Shown here one piece after another: positions 40,090-49,221 of a DNA stretch of 64,000 nucleotides; position 1 is the stretch's first letter; the number at the start of each line of letters is the position of its first letter. Below the pieces are notes generated by a model. It searched no databases. It saw only the letters and a list, made by a program, of their open reading frames with translations, and was not told the origin of the DNA. The stretch comes from Gordius albopunctatus (Eukaryota), in assembly GCA_964276515.1 (NCBI GenBank), contig OZ193909.1:14508001-14572000 (forward strand), given 5' to 3'. The position numbers and the translations under genes are program-made.

Positions 40090-40963
40090 TTATTCGTTAT
40101 TACAATAACTAACAAAACTTTGTGTGTCATTAAATGAAGGCTTTCTTAAAGAAAGACTGTTAAAAGCTGCCAAACTTAAAGAACTTCTCGCTTCGTATTC
40201 TGGATGGTCATAATTAGGCTTAAAATAAAATTTGATTTCACTTTCATCTTTGGACGCATTAGATCGACTTTTCCACAATTCTAATATTAATGCGGAAGAC
40301 ACATTTGGTGTATCATCCAGCGTTATATTATAAAAATTTAGTAGATGAATAATTTGATAATCGTGAGCAACGTAAATAACTAAATTTTTAGTCCTTCGGT
40401 TAAAACTGTTATTAAATTTTAATTTAATATCTTCAACTAAATTATATAATAAGTCATCAAGCATGCGACTCTTGTTTGAGAAGTAATTGTAGTAAGACAA
40501 CATTAAGTGAGCCAAATTCGTGTAAATAGTTTTATTGGCCTACGCAGGCAAACCCATTCCATTTTCGTTCAAGGTTTTTAGCACTTCAAATATCCTGGCA
40601 GGCAATCGATCGTCTATGATACCTTCGCTCGTATAATTTTTTAGCGAAAGTAAGAAAGCCGTTTGGTTTATCAATAAATTATTGTATTCACTATTATTCG
40701 ATCGAGAAATATGTTGCATACCTTGACTCAGCTTTTTACAATTTTTAAGGCTGCCCATTAAAAAGCAGGACTCTAACAAAGTTGTCCTATTATTAGGAAT
40801 TTTGACTGACCACTCATAAGGTAGAGTTTTGTTTATAGCCAAAATATCCATATTCTCCTGAGTTAAAGAATATTTAGGATCATTGTTGCTGATTCCTATT
40901 AAGATGGCCAACATGCTCGTAATAGTTCTATCTGAGTTTGTGGATAACAAATGAGTATTAAAA
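40090..40963 (-). pseudogene. Acid phosphatase partial copy (lacks RHG exon region, internal stop)
   Basis: TGG>TAG at 40540; 5' end replaced at the tandem junction. Confidence 0.85.
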
Positions 40964-41304
40964 TTTATCCTAGCTGATTTATGCTCAATATCTATTCGTT
41001 AATATTAAATTGAATCCTGTTTCCATGCTAAGAGGTTTTATAGTGATTAATATTATGTTACCTGAACATGTTTTAACCAGCCTCTTAGTTATTGCTGGAG
41101 TAGTTGAAGTTCCCAAAATCTTTTGTTCGTTAAATAATTGTATAATGAATTATAACTATTTATTAATGATAAAACAACTAAGACATAATTTTACATAAGT
41201 ACAATGATGGGGTTTTATTACATTTTGATCAAAAATAATTAATAAAATAAATGAAGAAAGGCATATGTTAAAAAATCATATATCGTAAATATCCCAAATC
41301 GAAA

Positions 41305-42178
41305 TTATTCGTTATTACAATAACTAACAAAACTTTGTGTGTCATTAAATGAAGGCTTTCTTAAAGAAAGACAGTTAAAAGCTGCCAAACTTAAAGAACT
41401 TCTCGCTTCGTATTCTGGATGGTCATAATTAGGCTTAAAATAAAATTTGATTTCACTTTCATCTTTGGACGCATTAGATCGACTTTTCCACAATTCTAAT
41501 ATTAATGCGGAAGACACATTTGGTGTATCATCCAGCGTTATATTATAAAAATTTAGTAGATGAATAATTTGATAATCGTGAGCAACGTAAATAACTAAAT
41601 TTTTAGTCCTTCGGTTAAAACTGTTATTAAATTTTAATTTAATATCTTCAACTAAATTATATAATAAGTCATCAAGCATGCGACTCTTGTTTGAGATGTA
41701 ATTGTAGTAAGACAACATTAAGTGAGCCAAATTCGTGTAAATAGTTTTATTGGCCCACGCAGGCAAACCCATTCCATTTTCGTTCAAGGTTTTTAGCACT
41801 TCAAATATCCTGGCAGGCAATCGATCGTCTATGATACCTTCGCTCGTATAATTTTTTAGCGAAAGTAAGAAAGCCGTTTGGTTTATCAATAAATTATTGT
41901 ATTCACTATTATTCGATCGAGAAATATGTTGCATACCTTGACTCAGCTTTTTACAATTTTTAAGGCTGCCCATTAAAAAGCAGGACTCTAACAAAGTTGT
42001 CATATTATTAGGAATTTTGACTGACCACTCATAAGGTAGAGTTTTGTTTATAGCCAAAATATCCATATTCTCCTGAGTTAAAGAATATTTAGGATCATTG
42101 TTGCTGATTCCTATTAAGATGGCCAACATGCTCGTAATAGTTCTATCTGAGTTTGTGGATAACAAATGAGTATTAAAA
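41305..42178 (-). pseudogene. Acid phosphatase partial copy (lacks catalytic N-terminus)
   Basis: 1215-bp tandem duplicate of the preceding copy; open for 286 aa but without RHGxR. Confidence 0.85.
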
Positions 42179-42231
42179 TTTATCCTAGCTGATTTATGCT
42201 CAATATCTATTCGTTAATATTAAATTGAATC

Positions 42232-42402
42232 TCCAGGACCGGGTTAGGCCCGATCCCGGATTCCCCTAGGTACGGTCTCGTAAGAGGCTTTCGCTAGGGG
42301 CCTTTTATTCACGCGAATCGACGCATTAAATTATCGTAATATGAGCCGGCGGTAACAATTCGCGTACATGAATAATCAAGAAAAAGTTGTGTTTAGAAAA
42401 CG
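42232..42402 (-). ncRNA. Structured 3' tail of element B
   Basis: Hairpin 42232-42260 (two G-U pairs on the minus strand), stems 42263-42269/42294-42300 and 42311-42318/42358-42365; minus-strand AATAAA 42304-42309. Confidence 0.72.
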
Positions 42403-42511
42403 AAATTTTGGAGAATAGGCTTGGGGACAAAGCGGGCGAAACAGGTGAGGAGGGTGTCACGTAGGAAAAACAAGCGAGTGATACCCGGAGGGCAGACGGG
42501 GGTATTTATAC
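42403..42511 (-). repeat. 3' copy of element B direct repeat, containing TATA + Inr
   Basis: TATAAATA 42510-42503; TCACTC 42481-42476 (A 31 nt downstream of the TATA start); exact match to 45195-45303. Confidence 0.93.
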
Positions 42512-42530
42512 CTGGATGCATAGGGTTTAG

Positions 42531-44378
42531 TTAGGGTTCTAAATCGACTATTTCGACCCCTATTTCGTTTTCCCAAAAGTCTAGATCGATGTCGTTTGCC
42601 TCGGGAAGACCTTGTTTGAGAACGTAATCGATATCGGTGTTGGTTTGTTCCTTATCTGGTGCGTCGGGGGCCCATACCCGGGATGGGTAGTCGGCCGGGT
42701 TTAAATGGGTTGGGATCCAAGAGAGGTTAAAGTGGATGTTTAGTAGGTGTTTAATCCCCCAGGTTTTTACGAAGGTAGCTATGACTTCCTCGATCACTGG
42801 GGAGTTGGACCCCCCTTTTTTCAGTACGTAGTATGCCGTGGCGGAGTCCGTATACAATTTCGGGTGATCATGCCCACTAAGGTAAGATCGAACGTACCCA
42901 TACAGGACCGCTACGGTTTCCGACAGTGTTATATGGTATGGCTCTCTCCATTGCCAACCCAAGAAGGCTGCTGCATTCTGAAAGCTGTTTGAGTGCTGGC
43001 CGTAATCGTCGGAGACCCCGATATGCGTGCCGGATGCGTCGACGTAGACGACGTTGGTAGGCCTTACCCAGAGTGGTATGGTTTCGTGTGTGAGCTTTAA
43101 GATACCCATGAGCTTGTGCGCGGCGAGGCTTCTATCGAACCACGGGGGGGTTCCTTGCGTGAGGCTGTAAAAGCTAGAGAAAAGTTTGGACATGCCCGTA
43201 AGGTTATAAAAGAAATAATTAAGGATGCCCAATGCTTCGAGTAGCGTGTTTGTGGGGACATCTCGTGAGAGGGCTAGGAAGAGGATGTCGGCCGCGATTT
43301 GAAGCCGGTCAGCTGTTCCTGGTTTGCATTTAATTGCCGAAACATCGAGTTTGAGTTCCATGCCGAGGTACTCGATGTGTTGTGAAGGCATGATGGAGGA
43401 TTTGCTGACGTTGATCGTAAGGCCCCATGCTTTGGCTAGGTCGGCTAGGTCTTCGAGGTCATTCTGGACGTTGTCGTAATCGGGAGAGTAAATTAGGAGG
43501 TCGTCCAGGTATACGTTGTATTTAGACCGTTTTACTGCCTTTTTAGCGAGGTCGCTAACCACCATTTGTAACACGAACGGGGAGAAGGATGCTCCCATGG
43601 GCAACACATTGTATTCGAAGGGCTTTCTCTTCCAGACGTACCCCAGGTATTTCTTGGTGCTGGGGTGGATGGGAATCGAGAAGAATGCGGCCTTGAAATC
43701 TATTTTGGCCGCCCATCTGGCGTCTGCTATGTGTTTGGCGGTAAGTGGGATGTTCGCTAGCTTCAGGGGTTTCGGCAGAAAGTTTCTAGAAGCAAAAGAC
43801 AAATCGGTTATTACCCTTGCATCCCCGTTCGGTTTGGCGATGAAGAAAGTGGCGGATCGGATGAGGAGTTTCGCAGTCCTTGATACAATCCCTGCGTTAA
43901 GCATTTCCGCGAAGTAGGCCGGAGGTCCTTTTGAGTACCTCTTCGATTTGGGGGGCTGTATCAATCCCCCGTTCAACCGGATGTTGTATGCATCCAGGAT
44001 GGCCTTGTAGCCAAAGGTGGCTACCTTCCTGCTAAATGGCGACATTAGGTCGTGCGGTGTGAGGCGTGAAGTTCGGATGTCGAGCTTTCCGCTTGGCTTA
44101 GCAGTAGTTGACGCCCTGCTCCAGCCGAAAAGCACTTTGTGTGCTTGTATCAGCGATCGGATTTGACCCGATCCTGTGTCCCGGACGAGGGACGGTTCGG
44201 CGTCCTTGAGTCGTTGTTCCGACTCAGCGGGAGATGGCGGAGCGTCGTTTGGTGGCGGTGGTGTCGACGGCGGAGTGTCCGGCAGCTTCGGATCGTCGTC
44301 ATTAGGTGGCGAGAAGATGATGCGTCGCGTTTCCCTAAGAAAATGAAAAACATTTTTAAGCCACGTGGGGGAAACCAT
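42531..44378 (-). CDS. Element B polymerase: RT + RNase H (frame open upstream to 44579)
   Basis: WAAKIDFKAAFFSIPIHP, VLPMGASFSPFVLQ, YLDD, IEYLG; YVDAS..SE..YTDS..WIPTHLNPADYPSR. Confidence 0.95.
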   Translation of the reverse strand: MVSPTWLKNVFHFLRETRRIIFSPPNDDDPKLPDTPPSTPPPPNDAPPSPAESEQRLKDAEPSLVRDTGSGQIRSLIQAHKVLFGWSRASTTAKPSGKLDIRTSRLTPHDLMSPFSRKVATFGYKAILDAYNIRLNGGLIQPPKSKRYSKGPPAYFAEMLNAGIVSRTAKLLIRSATFFIAKPNGDARVITDLSFASRNFLPKPLKLANIPLTAKHIADARWAAKIDFKAAFFSIPIHPSTKKYLGYVWKRKPFEYNVLPMGASFSPFVLQMVVSDLAKKAVKRSKYNVYLDDLLIYSPDYDNVQNDLEDLADLAKAWGLTINVSKSSIMPSQHIEYLGMELKLDVSAIKCKPGTADRLQIAADILFLALSRDVPTNTLLEALGILNYFFYNLTGMSKLFSSFYSLTQGTPPWFDRSLAAHKLMGILKLTHETIPLWVRPTNVVYVDASGTHIGVSDDYGQHSNSFQNAAAFLGWQWREPYHITLSETVAVLYGYVRSYLSGHDHPKLYTDSATAYYVLKKGGSNSPVIEEVIATFVKTWGIKHLLNIHFNLSWIPTHLNPADYPSRVWAPDAPDKEQTNTDIDYVLKQGLPEANDIDLDFWENEIGVEIVDLEP

Positions 44379-44454
44379 ATCTTTATCGCCATTGGGAGTC
44401 GGTAAGCCATCGGGCCCGAGTTCCCAGTTCGTTGCTGCTTTCTGAAGGCGCTTT

Positions 44455-45183
44455 CTAATTCCTGGCAGGGGCCGCGCCCTTTTTGACGTTGCGGCCCTTA
44501 GGTGCGCCTCCGCCCCTGCCAGCTCTCGGAAAAAACTGCCTTCTCTGGGCGTCTTTTTTGACGTCGACGTCGGGCATTCTCATCTCCTTGAGCCAGGCCG
44601 AGTCTTGGGAGGCGGCGGTCTGCCAGTTAAATTTTATAGCCAGACACATCTTTTTAAGTTGGTCGTCTATAGGAATTAGTTCCTCCAGGGTCATCGGGAT
44701 CCTGGTGAGTTTAGCGCAGTGTATTGCGAATTTAGCCTCGTGCTTATCTCTTTTTGCTGCTTTATTATCCGGGTCCAGGATTAGTTCCTCCAGACCGCGT
44801 CGGTGTAGATTGATATCGTCCAATACCGATTCGACGGTGCGCGGAGGTTCGGGCGCCGGCATTATTTGAAGCGTTGAAGGTGCCCCTTGCTGCACGTTGG
44901 GCGGCATGGTGGGGGTAGAAGCCACGGGTATCGGGCCCAGTGTTGTTCGCTGGAGGAGCTGCTGCAGCGCCTCCGTCTGGACCCTTTGCGCCTCCGCTTG
45001 TCTTGTTAGGGCGTTCACGGCCGTTTCCTGCATGGCGGCTATTCTAGCCAATAACCCCTCAACCGCGTTGTCAGAGCCCATTCCGGACCTTAAGGTCGTG
45101 TTAGTAGGTGGCGAAGTCATAGACGTTTCCGGCGTAATCAAGAAAAAACTATTATGCTGGTCTTGAGACCTCGTGTTAACCAT
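44455..45183 (-). CDS. Element B ORF1, Gag/core-like, 242 aa
   Basis: ATG 12 nt after the 5' repeat; homologous to A ORF1. Confidence 0.85.
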   Translation of the reverse strand: MVNTRSQDQHNSFFLITPETSMTSPPTNTTLRSGMGSDNAVEGLLARIAAMQETAVNALTRQAEAQRVQTEALQQLLQRTTLGPIPVASTPTMPPNVQQGAPSTLQIMPAPEPPRTVESVLDDINLHRRGLEELILDPDNKAAKRDKHEAKFAIHCAKLTRIPMTLEELIPIDDQLKKMCLAIKFNWQTAASQDSAWLKEMRMPDVDVKKDAQRRQFFPRAGRGGGAPKGRNVKKGAAPARN

Positions 45184-45194
45184 TCACTACTAAA

Positions 45195-45303
45195 AAATTT
45201 TGGAGAATAGGCTTGGGGACAAAGCGGGCGAAACAGGTGAGGAGGGTGTCACGTAGGAAAAACAAGCGAGTGATACCCGGAGGGCAGACGGGGGTATTTA
45301 TAC
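45195..45303 (-). repeat. 5' copy of element B direct repeat; element begins at the TATA box
   Basis: Minus strand begins GTATAAATA at 45303; host sequence resumes at 45304 (equivalent to 21937). Confidence 0.93.
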
Positions 45304-47444
45304 GTCGAGTCTAAGAATATGACTACTTTTGCAATATCATCAAGCTTATCAAAATTAAAATTCAAAAACTTTACTGGATATTTGATTTAAAAATGAAATG
45401 TAAATATAAACTTCATGTTGTTCATATATAAGATAAACTGTTTTATTCATAGGTAACTAATTGCAGGCAATATGATTATGGCATAAGTAACTTATAATAT
45501 TCTAAAATTAAAATCTATATATATGAATCATTTATTTAATTTCTTGTTAAACGCAATTTGGGAGCCACTCAAATTTTCAATCGGAAAATTCTTTTAAATA
45601 ATATATGCTTTTAAATATTAATTTTGTTTTTAATATTTTCCTCAACTTATTTTAATCTCAGTATATAATTTTTACTTCCTGGAAATATTAATTTCGAATA
45701 TTTGGCCTTTTAAAACATTAAAAAACTATTTTTGGAAGATTTTAAAATTTTTATACACCTCGATTGAGCTGGAACTACACATACAGTAAGTTTTAAATTA
45801 ACATTTAGCCTTACTGTTCGCTTTTTGAGGCACTAGTCAACATTTTTATTCTTACCCTTTGATTTAACTTAGCTAAACCTAACTTATTCATGCACAGTTA
45901 GTAATTAGTTTGATGTGAAAATGGATCTCTATCCAAAATTAGGGTTTATTAATATATTTATATGGATTGTATTAAAGGTTTGGACATTTTTTATGCAATA
46001 AAATATTCCTTTTAAGAATTATAGTAACTAAATTAAAAAAGTTTTACTTTTAAACATAGCTATTTAAAAATTATAAATTTGTTATGTGCTTTTAATTGTT
46101 TTGATTAAATTGCTTTTTAAAGACAAAGGTGAGAAACCAGAGGCGTAGCCACCCCCCTATAGGCATTCTCGCCCCTTCCCACCTTTATCGCCCATAAATT
46201 GCATAGCAAATATGCTACTTTTATACGGAGTATGGATGAGTTTCGTTCCCCCTTCCCTTCCCCTCCTCCCCTTCCCACGAGGGTTCTTTTCCTTTTTGAC
46301 ATTCATTGAAAAACTACAAACTACCTTACAATTAAATAGACTCTTTGTATATTAAAATAAGATATACTACTTTTGGAAACCTCAATTTGTGTCTAGGAAA
46401 AAACATTCGATTGAATTATGAAAAGAAGAAACGTTAGATTTAAAAGTTTTTGATATATGGTTTTGCTCTATGTCCGCATATAAAATCTTTAATTAATAAA
46501 ATAAATAAACAACTTTACTATTTTAATAATTATACAAATAACACTTACAAGTGTTTGCCTGGGAATTAGTCATATATATTAGATTTCCCAAAATTTGCAA
46601 GAACAAATTAAGTTGGAATAAAAGACATGCCATATTATTAGTAAAAGGTAAAAGTGTTGAATAAGTTTTAAAACCTGATAACTTTGAACTGCCAAAATGA
46701 ACTGCCTTAGCTTGTTTATGTTAACAGTTTGTTATTAACATTTCTTAATTTTATATAATTTATAACTGTAAACAATGCGCCGATAAAAAGGATCTTATGT
46801 TTATAGGCCCATTTTGTCGTTAAGGTACATGAGCGTAGCCATGAGGATGGCAGGAGGGGTGGCTGCCCCCCCCCCCTAAAAAAACTACGGGAAAAATATT
46901 TTCAATGCAAAAACTTTGAAAAATTAAAAAAAATTATGTTTTGCACTTTTAAACGTTTTGCCCCCCCCCTAATCTAAAACCTGGCTGCGCCCATGATAAA
47001 GTATATCTTCTACGTATATAAAATTCTCGTGTCACAGTCTTTGGTCCTCAACTCCTCCGAAACAGCTGGGCTGATTTAGATGGAAATTTCTGCGAATATT
47101 TGGTAGGTCTGAGCCTAGGTTTTTAACTATATTCCAAATCTCTAAGTCATAAGACGGTCAAGTTATTTAGTTTTATACGTCTTGACGTTTATTAAAATAT
47201 CACTCAAACGCAACCTCATGACGTACTGCGTATCTATCGTGTAGGTAGTGTGATAAATGCAGTAGGCATGTGTTGCGGAAAATGGAAACTTTTTACGATT
47301 TAAAACATTAAATATCAAAGTCATTTTTTTGCTTATTTTTCACGTCAATTATTATTATTATAGGACGGTCGTGTCCCCTCCTGCGTGGCTAAATAAATTA
47401 AAAAATCTAATTTTGGCATTTTTTGCGCGTTAAATAAGGAGAAA

Positions 47445-49221
47445 GTTTGTGCGACCAGTGGGTGTGGTTTTTGATTATTGGTTATGAAGTGGCTCATGAT
47501 GATTATCGCTGCGTCAATTTTTCTAAGGAACTTGGCGTTGATAGAAAGTTAATGCTGGGCTAGGTTGAGAGCATTCGTTGTGGTGTGGTTTCAGATTTCT
47601 GGGTATTAATAGATAGATTCCATTTGTTTGCTAGTTTTAGGAAATTCCTCGTGTTTTGTTGTACCAGGGCAGCTATTTTGGCATATATTAGGATGTCATC
47701 CAGATATACATTGTATCGACAGGTAGTGATGGATTTAATGCACAAGTCCAACATAATTTGTTGTTGTACAAATGGGGAAAAAGATGCTCCCATAGGCAGC
47801 ACCCTGTATGAGTATTTCGTTCGTCCTGATTTAAAACCGAACAGGTGTGAAATTGATAGGTCTAATTGGATAGAGAAGAAAGCGCTCTTCATGTCAATAT
47901 TTCATGCGTAGTTGGCCTCCGCTAAAGGTTTAGCAATTAATGGGATAGATTTTAGCAAAAAGGGGTATGACGCGAAGTTTTTTGAAATGATGGATAGGTC
48001 TGCGATCATTCTGGGGGACCCATCAGATGGATGCGATCGCGAGACGCTTCCTTCGTACAATGTAGGAATCGATGATTTGGAGTACTAGGTGCCGATTGAC
48101 TCTAGGAATAGGTCGAACATACCGGGGGACAAGGTACTGCCAGTTGTTGTTCGCAAGGGTTCTACTATTGAACCGAGGTTCAAAGCCCCGTCTAGCAACA
48201 TTATAAGTAAACTTGGATTGTGTATGATGTGGCCTGAGCAATGTGGTATTGAGGTCCAATGGTGATGAAAATGGAGTCTTGTTCCCATTGCTTATGTCCC
48301 GAAAGACCGGGAAATAGGGGATGTTAGAAGGTTCATGGATGGTGGGGATCGATTCACTATCGAGTCCGATATCATGTAGGGGTTATTAATATATTCCGCC
48401 ATATCTTAGTGGGTCGGTAGCAGCGTGAAAGGGGTCTTTAGTGGAGGGGCCCCTTCGTCCGGACCATCATCGAGTGAAACAGAATTGATAGCGATGCTCC
48501 GGGCTATACGAATTTAATTGTCTAGCCATATTGGAGCAGTCCGTCTCCAACAATGCTCGGCGGATTATCACCACAGCCGAGGGCCGCCCCTGCCGCCCTT
48601 ACGTATTTCTGTTAAAAGGCGCCTTCCTTGGCATAGGCTTTTCATAGTTCGGCCGAAAAGAGCTAATCTGTTCACTCATCTGTCCGAACCCATTTTTCAC
48701 AGCCCAGTCTTTGGTACGTCCGGTGACTACCTGCCATCCGTAATATGTTGCCATTGCGATGGTTTTAACCCGTTCGGCGAACATTTCGGTAGCTTTGACC
48801 GGATCGTTCCATACTTCACCTAATTCCAGAAGGAAATCGATTTCATGTTTCGGATATAAGGGTACTGCTTTGTTCTTTTTATCAGCCTCCTTCAAACCTT
48901 TAAGTCGTTGCTTTAGTAGTTCAGGTCCTATTTGTACCACGCCGAGACTCTTTTCTTAACCTCACGGGCTATGATTTGGTTTAGCTCTTCAGGAGTGAAG
49001 GACATCGTGTGGGGTTAATAATTGTGGAGATTATCCGGTTTTGTCGAGGCGGGTGTAAATTAACCTTTATTTTTGTCTTTAGCGTTGTCTTACGTGTCTG
49101 AACGCCCAACTTACCCATAATTTTCATTTATTATATTTCCGCGTTTATAATTTGCGTTTCTAAAATAAAATAAAGTGGAGATGGCGAAATATTTTGCGTA
49201 ACCATCCCCAGGGAGCACCTC
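47445..49221 (-). mobile_element. Lineage C RT element, copy 3 (decayed)
   Basis: Same RT motifs with additional deletions. Confidence 0.85.

Larger units (their letters stand above)
42232..45303 (-). mobile_element. Element B: complete, apparently intact 3072-bp hepadna-like RT element
   Basis: Intact ORF1 and RT-RNase H; identical 109-bp direct repeats 42403-42511 / 45195-45303; structured 3' tail; not present in unit 1. Confidence 0.92.
22470..45836. repeat. Segmental duplication unit 2
   Basis: Colinear with unit 1 with scattered SNPs/indels; lacks hexokinase+A, carries B. Confidence 0.95.

Noticed and set aside
42263..42300. Hammerhead ribozyme in the 3' tail (GAAA present)
   Set aside because: No CUGANGA core found in A or B
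42521..42538. Telomere-like tagggtttagttagggtt
   Set aside because: Only two imperfect units, overlapping the pol stop; not in A
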